NCBI GenBank assembly: GCA_964407105.1
Contig: CAYOUG010000001.1
Span: 8,059-72,058 of the forward strand
Direction of reading: 5' to 3'
Source of the DNA: an uncultured Candidatus Saccharibacteria bacterium
GTDB taxonomy: Bacteria; Patescibacteriota; Minisyncoccia; Phycocordibacterales; CALRHW01
Length of the DNA: 64,000 nucleotides
In this document: one piece after another, positions 1 to 10,277 of the stretch
Position numbering within the stretch: position 1 is the first letter of the stretch
Layout of the letters: the number at the start of each line of letters is the position of its first letter
Position numbers and translations under genes: made by a program
The notes under the pieces: model-generated
Database searches by the model: none
Told to the model about the DNA's origin: nothing
Seen by the model: only the letters and a program-made list of their open reading frames with translations

Positions 1-764
1 AGTATTAAAGAATAAACACCATTGAAATATGGAACTTTATTGATCGTTTCTTGATAATTTCCAGCGAGTACAAGTGGTACACCAGATGTTTTAGGCCACG
101 CAATAGCTCGAACCTCAACTTTTCCATCAGGAAAATCTGCAGCTTTAAGTTTTACCCAATATTCAGCCACATTTGTTGCTGGATTTTTTTGCATCTCTGT
201 AGAATCAATCCACGCACCACCGTTGGCGCTAAAAGAAACTTTTTGTATTCCGTTTGCATGAAATGCAACAACGCCAACCCGAATTTCTTCACCACTGTTT
301 ATCATTTGAAAAGGAACAGTAGTAAAACGTGCAATTGCTTTTGCTGTGTATCCTGAAGCAGAAGCATTACCAACAGGGGCGGGTTGCGCAGTAGGACCAG
401 AAAATCCAGAACCGGGGGTCAAAAAAAGTGCATCATTACCTGACTGTTGTGGGGGTTGTGTATTTCCACCAGACTGATCAGCTGGTGGATTTGCAAGTGA
501 AAGCGCTAAGTCTATTGCGTCTATAATATTGTTTCCGTCACAATTACCAGGAGTGGTTGGTAGAGCAACACCCCAATTATTAACCACCTGCATCAAAGTA
601 CAATTAGCCTGATATATTGTAGCGAATCCATTTGACCGACTCCAATTTGTAACTAAATCACGGATAGTTTGTGTAGACGTCATAAAAAACGCCACAACAG
701 ACACAACAAGAAGAATGGCAACACAAAACACCTTTAGGTTGGGATACTTTTCAAAAATATTCAT
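1..764 (-). CDS. Secreted/surface protein, partial (runs off the left edge); N-terminal hydrophobic segment and dockerin/EF-hand-like motif
   Basis: Manually translated open frame from ATG at 764: MNIFEKYPNLKVFCVAILLVVSVVAFF...GNCDGNNIIDAIDLAL...; no stop seen before the window edge. Confidence 0.7.
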   Translation of the reverse strand, partial: MNIFEKYPNLKVFCVAILLVVSVVAFFMTSTQTIRDLVTNWSRSNGFATIYQANCTLMQVVNNWGVALPTTPGNCDGNNIIDAIDLALSLANPPADQSGGNTQPPQQSGNDALFLTPGSGFSGPTAQPAPVGNASASGYTAKAIARFTTVPFQMINSGEEIRVGVVAFHANGIQKVSFSANGGAWIDSTEMQKNPATNVAEYWVKLKAADFPDGKVEVRAIAWPKTSGVPLVLAGNYQETINKVPYFNGVYSLI

Positions 765-846
765 AATTGGTTTTTAATTGATAAAAATCTTATTCAATTG
801 TAATACGATTGAAATAAAAAAAACAGGCGTTGATAGGTCATCAACA

Positions 847-1698
847 TTAAAACTTAAGAAATATTTTTTTACCAAAACGAAGATCAATATATTTAAAATT
901 ATCAATAAATTTTCGCGGATCTGAAGAGGTTGTTTTATCGTTTAAAATAGATGCGAGATTTGAAAAAACCACAGAAAGATCATCTCTAGTAGTAATATAA
1001 ATAACACCTCCACGCTTAGTATGAAGCTCCACATCTCCATCATCGTAAACAAACACACCCTCTAAAGAAAAACCAAGTTTTTGAATTTCAAGAATAAATG
1101 CATGAATCCGATTAAATAATTCTTTATCTTTGTAAAAATATTCACCGATTGGTTTTTCTGAAAAAACACGTCCATAATATTTAATATATACATCACCAGA
1201 AAAATTTGGTGCTGAAGAAAAAATAAAACCACCCTTGTCTATAAAATAACAATCATTCGTAGGAGTAATTTTGTGCGTTTCTTCACTGTTTGTACTCTTA
1301 CACCACACAGCAAAAGGCTCTCGCAAAGATACTTTAATATTTATCGAGTGTAGATTTACAAAAGAAATTGATGCTGTTTCTAATCGAGAAAAATCTTTTA
1401 ATAGTCCGTTTTCAATTGCTTTTTTTGAATATAAAAAAATATTACTTTTTGAAAAAAGTTTAAAATAATTGCCAGAAATATGTTCTTTGGTGTAAGCAAC
1501 CATTTCATCACCCAACACTTCGTTGTTGCCCTCCAACAGAATGTCACGAATAGAAAAAAAAGAGAGCTGTGAAAGAATAATTGGTGTTGCTAAAATAACC
1601 AAAAACACCACGACTCCGAAAGAAAATTTAAACCACACTTGTTTTCTGCGTTTTTTTGCGAGTTGTGGTGATCTTAATGTAGAGTGGTGCTTAAGCAC
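847..1698 (-). CDS. ftsQ: FtsQ/DivIB-like cell division protein
   Basis: Basic N-terminus, single TM helix, POTRA-like region, C-terminal YIDLRFG motif. Confidence 0.75.
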   Translation of the reverse strand: MLKHHSTLRSPQLAKKRRKQVWFKFSFGVVVFLVILATPIILSQLSFFSIRDILLEGNNEVLGDEMVAYTKEHISGNYFKLFSKSNIFLYSKKAIENGLLKDFSRLETASISFVNLHSINIKVSLREPFAVWCKSTNSEETHKITPTNDCYFIDKGGFIFSSAPNFSGDVYIKYYGRVFSEKPIGEYFYKDKELFNRIHAFILEIQKLGFSLEGVFVYDDGDVELHTKRGGVIYITTRDDLSVVFSNLASILNDKTTSSDPRKFIDNFKYIDLRFGKKIFLKF

Positions 1699-1700
1699 GT

Positions 1701-2969
1701 TTATGCTTTCTTAATAACTCCTTTGTTCATATATTTATGAAGAACTTCTGGAATAATAATAGATCCGTCTGATTGCTGATTATTTTCAATAATAGAAATA
1801 AGAATGCGTGGAGATGCAAGCGCTGTATTGTTGAGAGAATGTGCAAATTTGAGTTTTCCATCAAAATCTTTATAACGAATATTTAAACGACGGGTTTGAA
1901 AATCGTGAAAATATGAAGATGAATGAGTTTCACCGTAAGCTTTTTGTCCTGCGCGCCATGTTTCGATATCATATTTTTTTACCTGACCCAAACCAAGATC
2001 ACCACCACAATTCACAACAACGTGATATGGGAGACCGAGCGCCTGAAGAAGTTCTTCTGCATTTTTTGTAAGTTCTTCATGGAATGCCACTGAAGTTTCA
2101 TGATTTGCTTCGCAAAGTACAACCTGCTCAAATTTAAAAAATTCATGTACACGATAAAGACCCTTTACATCTTTTCCATGACTTCCAGCTTCACGACGAA
2201 AACATGGAGAAAATGCAAGCATTTTTAATGGAAATTGCGTTCTGTCTATTACTTCGTCCATAAAATGAGCCATCGTCGCCACCTCAGCTGTACCCGCAAG
2301 ATATTCTCCGTCCTGAGTTTTATACAAATCTTCTTCACCTTGAGGAAGGTATCCTGTACCCAAAAGTGTCTCACGTTTTACAAGTGACGGAACAATCATG
2401 GGTGTAAATCCATTTTTGGTTACAAAATGTTCCATAACAAATTGCCAAAGTGCAAAACTAAGCAGAGCTCCATCGCCTTTCAAAAAATATCCACGAAAAC
2501 CAGCAACCTTTGAACCACGATCAAGATCAACCATGTTCAAATTTTCCATTAATTCAATATGGGTTTTTGGAACAAAATCAAATTTTGGAATCTCTCCCCA
2601 AGTGCGTACCTCTCTATTGTCTGCGTCACTTTCACCTTCTGGCACAGAAATATCTGGCACGTTTGGCACCTGCACCATTGCCATTTGCCAATGTTTCATT
2701 ACTTCTTTCAATTCATCTTCTTGGGTAGAGAGTGCCGTTTTCACTTCTTTCATTTCTTCAATAAACTTTGCACGCTCATCTGGATCAGCTTTCGTTATTT
2801 TTTCATTATACTCATTTTGTTGTGCACGTTTTGATTCTATAGAAACAATAAGTTCTCGACGTTTATCATCATGTACAAGCAATTCATCTACATCAAATGA
2901 AAGGTGCTTTTTGCGAGCGGCTTCTTTAATAAGGTCTTTGTTTTCTCTAATAAATTTAATATCAAGCAT
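1701..2969 (-). CDS. serS: Seryl-tRNA synthetase
   Basis: MLDIKFIREN start, N-terminal coiled coil, GTAE, CFRREAG and HSLNNTALASPR motifs. Confidence 0.97.
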   Translation of the reverse strand: MLDIKFIRENKDLIKEAARKKHLSFDVDELLVHDDKRRELIVSIESKRAQQNEYNEKITKADPDERAKFIEEMKEVKTALSTQEDELKEVMKHWQMAMVQVPNVPDISVPEGESDADNREVRTWGEIPKFDFVPKTHIELMENLNMVDLDRGSKVAGFRGYFLKGDGALLSFALWQFVMEHFVTKNGFTPMIVPSLVKRETLLGTGYLPQGEEDLYKTQDGEYLAGTAEVATMAHFMDEVIDRTQFPLKMLAFSPCFRREAGSHGKDVKGLYRVHEFFKFEQVVLCEANHETSVAFHEELTKNAEELLQALGLPYHVVVNCGGDLGLGQVKKYDIETWRAGQKAYGETHSSSYFHDFQTRRLNIRYKDFDGKLKFAHSLNNTALASPRILISIIENNQQSDGSIIIPEVLHKYMNKGVIKKA

Positions 2970-3056
2970 GATGTTTAATTATACGGCTTTTATAGCTCTT
3001 GGCGAGTGTAACTAAATGAGACTTTAACATTTCTTTAGGAAAAAATCATATCAGAA

Positions 3057-4013
3057 ATGGTTGAATTTTTAAATACCCACAAAAACATGAAATACGACAA
3101 ACAATACCCCATTAAAATTCTACCGAAATCAGACTTTCCACCACTACTAAAACATATCAATGATCCGCCACAAACACTCTATATAAGAGGTGTTCTACCA
3201 AACGACCCAGAAACCAAATATCTTTGTGTGGTGGGTTCACGAGCATATACAAATTATGGAGAAGAAGTGTGTAAAACACTCATATCTGGCTTACGAGGAC
3301 AAAACATAATAATAGTATCTGGTCTTGCGCTTGGTATTGATTCAATCGCTCACCGCTCTGCACTCGATGCCAAACTTACCACTATTGCTGTACCGGGTTC
3401 TGGTTTAAATTCCCATGTGCTGTATCCGCGAGCAAACTGGCAATTAGCAGAAAAAATTCTTGATTCTGGTGGAGTAATCATTTCTGAAGAAGAACCCTCC
3501 TATCGCGCCACGCCGTATAGTTTTCCAAAACGCAACAGAATTATGGCGGGGATGTCTCATGCTGTGCTTGTTATAGAAGCCGAGCTTAAATCTGGCACAC
3601 TCATCACATCAAAATACGCAACAGAATACAATAGAGACGTTTTCACAGTCCCCGGCTCTATTTTTTCAAAAAAATCTGATGGGCCACACATGCTTCTAAG
3701 ACTGGGCGCTACACCCGTGAGAAAAAGTGATGATATTTTAGAAGCGCTTGGTTTCAGTGTTGAAGATGAAAATAAAAAAGAAAAAACACCGGAACAAATA
3801 CAAGCGCTTTATCAAAAAACTCTTACACTTTGCACACCCGACGAACGCGCCACGCTCAGCATTCTCGCCGACACATCTCATACGCGCGACGAACTCATTA
3901 GACTTCTCACAAAATCTCTTGAAAAACCAGTTTCAGAAATTACAGCATTACTCATGATGATGGAAATTAAAGATCTTATTGTTGAAAAAATGGGAGAAAT
4001 ATTTATAGTGTAA
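3057..4013 (+). CDS. dprA: DNA-processing protein DprA (start may be 3087)
   Basis: VVGSR, IVSGLALGID, FPKRNRIMAG, SGTLIT motifs. Confidence 0.95.
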   Translation: MVEFLNTHKNMKYDKQYPIKILPKSDFPPLLKHINDPPQTLYIRGVLPNDPETKYLCVVGSRAYTNYGEEVCKTLISGLRGQNIIIVSGLALGIDSIAHRSALDAKLTTIAVPGSGLNSHVLYPRANWQLAEKILDSGGVIISEEEPSYRATPYSFPKRNRIMAGMSHAVLVIEAELKSGTLITSKYATEYNRDVFTVPGSIFSKKSDGPHMLLRLGATPVRKSDDILEALGFSVEDENKKEKTPEQIQALYQKTLTLCTPDERATLSILADTSHTRDELIRLLTKSLEKPVSEITALLMMMEIKDLIVEKMGEIFIV

Positions 4014-4053
4014 ATTTGCAAAAAAAAATTATCTATAGTATTAATTGAGTCAC

Positions 4054-6264
4054 ATGAAATTACTTATTGTCGAGTCGCCAGCAAAAGCAAAAACTATTTC
4101 AAAATATTTGGATGGTAAATTTACTGTGAAAGCATCAGTAGGTCATATTCGTGATTTACCAAAAAATAATAAAAAAGCAATCGACATCGAAGGTGGTTTT
4201 ATTCCTCACTATGAAATTTCAAAAGGTAAAGAGAATGTTGTGTCAGAAATAAAAGCGCTCGTAAAAAAAGCAGATGAAATTTATCTTGCTACCGACCCTG
4301 ATCGAGAAGGTGAGGCTATAGCTTGGCATATTGCGCAAGCCACGGGGATTAAAAATCCACAACGTGTCGTTTTTCACGAAATCACCAAAGATGCAGTAAC
4401 AGAAGCAATTCAACATCCGCGCGATATAGACGACAATTTAAAACAAGCTCAAGAAGCACGACGTGTGCTCGATCGTCTTGTGGGTTACGATCTTTCCGGC
4501 ATCATCTGGAAAAAAGTACGCTACGGTCTTTCTGCTGGACGCGTACAGTCGCCAGCTCTTCGTATTCTAATGGAAAGAGAACGAGAAATCCGCGCGTTCA
4601 TTTCTAATAAATTTTGGACAATCACCGCAGATCTTGAAAACACTGCAAAAAATAAACTCACATACACATGCGCGGACGAGCCAACAGATTTTTCTGTTGT
4701 AGAAAAAATTCTCTCTGCGGGAAAAGCTGGTGAATGGAAAATTACAGATATTAAAGAAACAGAAGTAAAACGTTCACCACGTGCACCGTTTACCACGTCC
4801 ACACTTCAACAAGCCGCAAGTTCACGACTTGGTTTTGCTCCATCAAAAACGATGGGGATTGCGCAAAAACTTTATGAAGCTGGACATATTTCATACATGC
4901 GCACAGACAGTACAACCCTTAGCTCACTTGCTATCGAACAAATTTCTGGGGTTATAGAAAAAAAGTTTGGAAAAAATTATCTCTCAGTGCGTGCATATAA
5001 AACAAAAAGTAAAAATGCACAGGAAGCACACGAAGCCGTACGACCAACACATTTTGGTAGTGAAAATGCTGGAACAACCGATGAACAAAAAAAACTTTAT
5101 CGACTTATTTGGCGTCGAGCAGTGGCTTCTCAAATGTCTGATGCAAATACGTTGCGTACACGCGTGACCACAAACATTGGTATAGCAGATGGTGTTGCGG
5201 GCGCTAAAACAGAGGCAATCCCCGATTTTCACGTCAATGGTTCTCGTATTCTTTTTGATGGGTGGTATGCCGCTGATCCCGCCGCTCGACAAGAAGATGT
5301 AGAACTCCCAAAAATGAGTATCGGTGAAGCATTAAAACTTATTGAAATAAAAACGGAAGAAAAAGAAACTCAACCACCAACACGTTATTCTGAAGCGGGT
5401 CTTGTAAAAGAGTTAGAAAAGCGCGGTATCGGTCGCCCATCTACTTACGCAAATATCATTAAAACAATTGTCGATCGTGGATACGTCCTCAAACAAAACA
5501 AAGCACTCGTACCCACAGACATTGGCGATGTTGTGAGCTCGTTTCTCGAAGACAATTTTATGAAATATATCAGTGATTCATTTACTGCTGAAATGGAAGA
5601 TAAGCTCGATGATATTGCAGAAGGAAAAGCTGAATATGAGAAAATTTTAAGCGCCTATTACAAACCATTAGCAAAAGAAGTTAAAGAAAAAGAAAAGCTC
5701 GCAAAAGCCACAGACCTCGGAAAAGCTCCAGCAGAATTTAAATGTCCTGTATGCAAAAGCGACATGATTATCAAACTCAGTAAGAGTGGAAGGTTTATGA
5801 GTTGTGAAAAATTTCCTGAATGTACTGGTGCTCGCACAATAGAAGGAAAAGAACTTGAGGGTCCAAAAGAAACAGGCGAAATGTGTCCTGAATGTAGTAC
5901 AGGTAAACTCATAGAACGCGACGGAAAGTTTGGACGTTTTATCGCATGCAACAATTATCCAAAATGTAAGTTTATTAAAAAAGACGCCGAGCTTGAAAAA
6001 CAAAATTCTACTGGTGTAACATGTCCTATCTGTAAAGATGGAATGATGACTGAACGCAGAGGACGTTTTGGACTTTTTTATAGTTGTAGCAATTATCCAA
6101 AATGTAAGCACGCCATAAAAGCAAAACCGACAGGAAATATTTGTGGCTACATGCGCGAAAACGGCCCGTGTCCTGCGCTAATGATGGAAGGTACGAAAAC
6201 AATTCCCGAGCGATGTTCAGATAAACTGTGTCCAAATCATAATCCGCATAAGTTGGGGAAATAA
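4054..6264 (+). CDS. topA: DNA topoisomerase I with C-terminal zinc ribbons
   Basis: LIVESPAKAKTI, ATDPDREGEAI, SAGRVQS, ISYMRTD, GIGRPSTY; repeated C4 zinc fingers. Confidence 0.97.
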   Translation: MKLLIVESPAKAKTISKYLDGKFTVKASVGHIRDLPKNNKKAIDIEGGFIPHYEISKGKENVVSEIKALVKKADEIYLATDPDREGEAIAWHIAQATGIKNPQRVVFHEITKDAVTEAIQHPRDIDDNLKQAQEARRVLDRLVGYDLSGIIWKKVRYGLSAGRVQSPALRILMEREREIRAFISNKFWTITADLENTAKNKLTYTCADEPTDFSVVEKILSAGKAGEWKITDIKETEVKRSPRAPFTTSTLQQAASSRLGFAPSKTMGIAQKLYEAGHISYMRTDSTTLSSLAIEQISGVIEKKFGKNYLSVRAYKTKSKNAQEAHEAVRPTHFGSENAGTTDEQKKLYRLIWRRAVASQMSDANTLRTRVTTNIGIADGVAGAKTEAIPDFHVNGSRILFDGWYAADPAARQEDVELPKMSIGEALKLIEIKTEEKETQPPTRYSEAGLVKELEKRGIGRPSTYANIIKTIVDRGYVLKQNKALVPTDIGDVVSSFLEDNFMKYISDSFTAEMEDKLDDIAEGKAEYEKILSAYYKPLAKEVKEKEKLAKATDLGKAPAEFKCPVCKSDMIIKLSKSGRFMSCEKFPECTGARTIEGKELEGPKETGEMCPECSTGKLIERDGKFGRFIACNNYPKCKFIKKDAELEKQNSTGVTCPICKDGMMTERRGRFGLFYSCSNYPKCKHAIKAKPTGNICGYMRENGPCPALMMEGTKTIPERCSDKLCPNHNPHKLGK

Positions 6265-6307
6265 AAGCACAGAACATATCCGTCTGTTCTTTTATTTCTC
6301 AATTCAT

Positions 6308-6419
6308 TAAAACAATAACACTGTGTCTCGAAAACCACGCATAAAAGCCTGCTGGCTTTTTGCTACGCTCGGCCCGTCGGCCTGCGCGATGCTTTTCTCG
6401 ACACAGTGTTATTGTTTTA
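6308..6419. repeat. Palindromic element, family 1, copy A
   Basis: Perfect 20 bp inverted arms 6308-6327/6400-6419 around a 68 bp core (6330-6397) that is 62/68 identical to the reverse complement of 11566-11633. Confidence 0.9.
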
Positions 6420-6424
6420 CAAAT

Positions 6425-7480
6425 CTACACACTAAAATTTTTGATTGAATACAGCTCCTCCTCACTCTCCTGCTTTTCTGTTTTTGAGCGATCGTCAGCA
6501 AGATCTGATGTGAGAATTGGTTCTGGCGTTGAGGTTTCTTGCGATACTACATTTTGCCCCATTACCTCATCTGCATTTATAGATAAAGGTGTGGATGTAT
6601 TTTTCCCAAGTGTCTCAATATGTTTATCAAGCATCGCTGTAGCACCGCGAGATTTTTGCGATTCAAGCATATCTAAAATCGTGCGTAAGTCATCGTTTGA
6701 AAAGAAATCAATAGAAAGCTTTCCCCCATTTTCTTTTCGTTCAATAGACACGCGGGTGCCAAGCGTTTCAGAAAGTTTTTCTTCAAGTTCCACAAGCTCC
6801 GGGTCATGCATGAGCTCTTTCTTACGCACTTTATCAAAAGCAATTTTTCGAGAAATTGCTTCAGCTTCGCGTACTGTAAGTTTTTTGTAAACAATTTCTT
6901 TAAAAAGAGTATTTTGTTCTTCTGGTCTATCAACAAGCATCATGAGCGGACGCGTATGACCTTCAGAAATTTTTCCTGCACCGAGTGCATCAAGAATTTC
7001 CGATGGCAAAGAAAGAATACGGAGCGTGTTACTTACATACTCACGACTTTTACCAACCTTCGCAGCAATTTCGTTGTGCTTAAATTTAAATTCAATAGCA
7101 AGTCGCTCAAACGCTCGCGCACGATCAACAGGATTCAAGTCTTCGCGTTGAATATTTTCTATAATCGCGAGCTCAAGCTTCATAAGGTCGCTGTCATCAC
7201 CAGTTTTAATTAGCACCGGCACCTGTGTAAGACCAGCAAGCTTTGATGCACGCAAACGACGTTCACCGGCAATAATTTCATATTCCACCGCAAGTCCACC
7301 GTCTTCTTTTGGAACCTCTTTACGAGTAACGACAAGCGCCTGAAGTACACCGTATTGGCGAATAGAATCAGCGAGACTTTGGAGTTGCGCCTGATCAAAT
7401 TCGCGCCGTGGTTGAAACGGATTTGGTTTTATTTTATCTACATCCACCCAGAAAACTGAATCGTTGTAATACTGTGACAT
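6425..7480 (-). CDS. parB: ParB/Spo0J partition protein
   Basis: PNPFQPRREF, IIAGERRLRA, IIENIQREDLNP, HTH VGKSREYVSNTLR. Confidence 0.95.
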   Translation of the reverse strand: MSQYYNDSVFWVDVDKIKPNPFQPRREFDQAQLQSLADSIRQYGVLQALVVTRKEVPKEDGGLAVEYEIIAGERRLRASKLAGLTQVPVLIKTGDDSDLMKLELAIIENIQREDLNPVDRARAFERLAIEFKFKHNEIAAKVGKSREYVSNTLRILSLPSEILDALGAGKISEGHTRPLMMLVDRPEEQNTLFKEIVYKKLTVREAEAISRKIAFDKVRKKELMHDPELVELEEKLSETLGTRVSIERKENGGKLSIDFFSNDDLRTILDMLESQKSRGATAMLDKHIETLGKNTSTPLSINADEVMGQNVVSQETSTPEPILTSDLADDRSKTEKQESEEELYSIKNFSV

Positions 7481-7534
7481 GGTGGTTTTATTTTAACATT
7501 GATTTATGCCTAAAATCTAGTAGACTCAGTGCAT

Positions 7535-7616
7535 GCCGTGGTGGCGGAATTGGTAGACGCACACGACTCAAAATCGTGCGGAGCAATCCATGAGAGTTCG
7601 ATTCTCTCCCGCGGCA
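7535..7616 (+). tRNA. tRNA-Leu(CAA)
   Basis: Cloverleaf with D-loop GGAATTGGTAG, anticodon arm CACGA-CTCAAAA-TCGTG, long variable arm, GTTCGA T-loop. Confidence 0.95.
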
Positions 7617-7665
7617 CAGTTTTTAATCTTGGTTTTTAGTTTTTTGAAAAACACCCACAAACCTA

Positions 7666-7694
7666 TTGACATTTACATATTTATGTAATACAAT
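7666..7694 (+). promoter_or_regulatory. Sigma70 promoter with a palindromic spacer (possible operator)
   Basis: TTGACA-17-TACAAT; the spacer contains TTACATA-tt-TATGTAA. Confidence 0.7.
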
Positions 7695-7704
7695 ACTTTT
7701 ACAT

Positions 7705-8349
7705 ATGAATGGTATGAAATTTTTCATGTTAATAATCTTGATAGCCATCGTGGCAATTCCACGTATTTCCCTCTCGGAATTTCCGGCTAATTCGCCATAT
7801 CCGGGTGAATTTTATGCTCTGTGTCGTGATGGAATTGATAACGATGGCGACGGAATGATTGATGACGGTCTTACTGTGCCCGGCGTACCCGCCGACCCAG
7901 ATTGTCCTAAATGTTACGATGGTATAGACAATGAGCCAGATGGATTTATAGACTTCGAAGATTCAGATTGTCCACAAAGTGGAGAGGTTCTTGGTGCTAA
8001 TAATTCAAACAATGGAAATAATTTAAATGGCAACAGCAATTTAGATGGTACAAGTAACTTGGACGGAAATAGCAACCTTGATGGTAATAGTAATTTAGAT
8101 GGAAATAGTAATCTAAAAGGAAATAGCAACTTAAAGGGCAACAACAATCTTAATGGTTCAAGTAATTTAAATGGGAATAGTAATCTTTCTAGTAACAACA
8201 ATTTAAACGGCACAAGTAATCTTGGTGGCAATAGCAACTTAAATGGAAACAGTAATCTAAACGGAAATAGCAACCTTGATGGTAACAGTAATTTAGATGG
8301 AAATAGTTTTGGTGATGACTGTCATTGTCATTGTGGTTGTGACTGGTAA
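7705..8349 (+). CDS. Secreted protein with DGIDND-type metal-binding motifs, 16 NLxGNS repeats and a CHCHCGC tail
   Basis: Signal-peptide-like N-terminus; CRDGIDNDGDG and CYDGIDNEPDG motifs; tandem hexapeptide repeats. Confidence 0.75.
   Translation: MNGMKFFMLIILIAIVAIPRISLSEFPANSPYPGEFYALCRDGIDNDGDGMIDDGLTVPGVPADPDCPKCYDGIDNEPDGFIDFEDSDCPQSGEVLGANNSNNGNNLNGNSNLDGTSNLDGNSNLDGNSNLDGNSNLKGNSNLKGNNNLNGSSNLNGNSNLSSNNNLNGTSNLGGNSNLNGNSNLNGNSNLDGNSNLDGNSFGDDCHCHCGCDW
8020..8307 (+). repeat. Coding tandem repeat, 16 x 18 bp (NL[D/N/K]GNS)
   Basis: Peptide unit conserved while synonymous codon positions vary. Confidence 0.9.
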
Positions 8350-8358
8350 TGTGAGCTT

Positions 8359-9270
8359 ATGAATGCTCAAAAAAAACTTATTGTAATACTTGGACCAACA
8401 GCTTCTGGAAAAAGTTCACTTGCTGTTGAGATAGCTCGTGATCTAAAAAAAGACGAAATTAATGCAGAAATTATTTCTGCGGACTCACGACAGATATATA
8501 CAGGCCTTGATATTGGCACAGGAAAAATATCACACAAGGAGATGATGGGAATACCCCACCATCTCCTTGATGTTTGTAGTCCCAAAAAATGCAGATTTAC
8601 TGTGGCAGATTTTCAGCGCCGCGCGCATGCGGCTATCGCCGCAATGCATGCGCGCGGCGCAATCCCCATTCTCTGTGGCGGTACCGGCTTTTATATCCAA
8701 TCAATAGTAGACAACATTACTCTACCCGAAGTTCCACCCAACAAAAAACTTCGCGTAAAACTTGAGAAACAAAGCACTGAGAAACTTTTTGAAACTCTCA
8801 AAAAACTCGATTTGAAACGTGCTCGGGGAATTGATGCGTTCAACAGACCACGCCTCATTCGTGCAATTGAAATCGCAACAGCTCTTGGAAAAGTACCCGC
8901 TGTAAAATCGCGGCCACTGTATGATGTTTTGCAAATTGGAATTATGACAGATGAGAAAAAATTGCGAGCACGCATTCACGAACGCCTTTTTGCACGCATG
9001 AAAAAAGGCATGCTGACCGAAGCAAAAAAACTTCACGCCCGCGGACTTTCATACACACGCATGAATGAGCTTGGTTTGGAATACAAATACCTTGCCTTGT
9101 TTTTACAGAAAAAAATCTCACGCGCAGAAATGCTTAAAACACTTGAACAAGAAATCTGGCACTACGCAAAACGCCAAATGACGTGGTTTAAAAAGGATAC
9201 ACGCATTGCGTGGTTTCCTCTTTCAAAGAAGGTTACGATTAAAAAAGTGGTGCGAAATTTTTTGAAATAA
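8359..9270 (+). CDS. miaA: tRNA dimethylallyltransferase
   Basis: GPTASGKS, ISADSRQIY, GGTGFY, YAKRQMTWF. Confidence 0.96.
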   Translation: MNAQKKLIVILGPTASGKSSLAVEIARDLKKDEINAEIISADSRQIYTGLDIGTGKISHKEMMGIPHHLLDVCSPKKCRFTVADFQRRAHAAIAAMHARGAIPILCGGTGFYIQSIVDNITLPEVPPNKKLRVKLEKQSTEKLFETLKKLDLKRARGIDAFNRPRLIRAIEIATALGKVPAVKSRPLYDVLQIGIMTDEKKLRARIHERLFARMKKGMLTEAKKLHARGLSYTRMNELGLEYKYLALFLQKKISRAEMLKTLEQEIWHYAKRQMTWFKKDTRIAWFPLSKKVTIKKVVRNFLK

Positions 9271-9295
9271 ATAAAAAATAAACCTATCTTAAAAC

Positions 9296-9856
9296 TTATT
9301 TACGTCGAACAATAAGTATCGCTGAAAGTAGGATGTTTCCACATATCCAAGCTACAATCCAAGAAGAAGAAAGAAATGTGTAATACTCCACAGCAAACAG
9401 TGCCAAACAAAATCTTAAAGCATTGGTTACATAGAGCGAAAGTGTTTCTGAATATGGCTCATAATATGATTTGCGAACTGTTGGAATAAAAGCAAACATA
9501 TCAGCGAGAATAACTAAAATCATAGAGATCACAGGCTGGTCAACGATGAGCCAAAAAAATATTGCAACGAGAGATAAAACTGCCACTACCGTATCAGATC
9601 TTGTTATATCTTTCTTACCATTTTTAAAACTTAAAATAACGACCCCGATACACAAAAGTCCGGCAGATATTGTCACCAACACAGCGGGTCCAGCACCTCC
9701 CTTGATTTGTAGGGCAACAAGTAAGATCGTGAGTAGTCCCCACAATGACCAACTATAAATATGTGGGCGAGTTTTACCATTTAAAATATCACGATAGTAC
9801 GGGATATATGCCACAAAAGTTAGTACAGCAGCAGCAATGCCAATAATTTCTTTCAT
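9296..9856 (-). CDS. Multi-pass membrane protein (PQ-loop/SWEET-like duplicated helical repeats)
   Basis: About 6-7 hydrophobic segments; start reassigned to 9856 because the longer ORF overlaps tRNA-Trp. Confidence 0.75.
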   Translation of the reverse strand: MKEIIGIAAAVLTFVAYIPYYRDILNGKTRPHIYSWSLWGLLTILLVALQIKGGAGPAVLVTISAGLLCIGVVILSFKNGKKDITRSDTVVAVLSLVAIFFWLIVDQPVISMILVILADMFAFIPTVRKSYYEPYSETLSLYVTNALRFCLALFAVEYYTFLSSSWIVAWICGNILLSAILIVRRK

Positions 9857-9865
9857 TCTTTTTTG

Positions 9866-9937
9866 CGGGCCCACTCCGACTCGAACGGAGAACTGCGCTT
9901 TTGGAGAGCGATGTTTTACCATTGAAACTATAGGCCC
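9866..9937 (-). tRNA. tRNA-Trp(CCA)
   Basis: Acceptor GGGCCTA/TGGGCCC, anticodon loop CTCCAAA, GTTCGAG T-loop. Confidence 0.92.
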
Positions 9938-9975
9938 AATGTGGTTATGGTAGCAGAAAAAACTGGTTTTTAAAA

Positions 9976-10032
9976 GCAAAAAACGCTTCCGAACGAGTTA
10001 GCGAAGCGCTTTAGAGAGGAAGCGTTTTTTGC
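9976..10032. repeat. Palindromic element, family 2, copy E (possibly also the rpmG terminator)
   Basis: 15 bp perfect arms 9976-9990/10018-10032 around the 27 bp core GAACGAGTTAGCGAAGCGCTTTAGAGA. Confidence 0.85.
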
Positions 10033-10039
10033 GTTTTTA

Positions 10040-10198
10040 TTACTTCTTTGCTTCTTTATGAGGAGTGCGTTTCTTACACCAAGAACAATACTTTTTGAGC
10101 TCTATTTTTCGCTCAACAAGCTTCTTGTTTTTACCAGTTTGGTAGTTTGCTCGTTTGCAAGTTTTACAAACAAGTTTGATTAATCGATCTTGTGACAT
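10040..10198 (-). CDS. rpmG: 50S ribosomal protein L33 (zinc-binding type)
   Basis: MSQDRLIKLVCKTC...IELKKYCSWCKKRTPHKE. Confidence 0.93.
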   Translation of the reverse strand: MSQDRLIKLVCKTCKRANYQTGKNKKLVERKIELKKYCSWCKKRTPHKEAKK

Positions 10199-10277
10199 AG
10201 GCACTACTATACAAAAAAGCCCTAAAAAAAGCAATATTATGCCTAAGAGCTAACCTTATGCTATCTTGGGCACTTCT

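Noticed and set aside
8020-8307. Regular 18 bp periodicity as a possible CRISPR array
   Set aside because: No spacers; it is an in-frame degenerate coding repeat, and no cas genes are present.
9857-9979. Extended N-termini called for the membrane protein, tag, rpsB, secG and others
   Set aside because: They overlap tRNAs, promoters or palindromic elements; downstream ATGs fit better.
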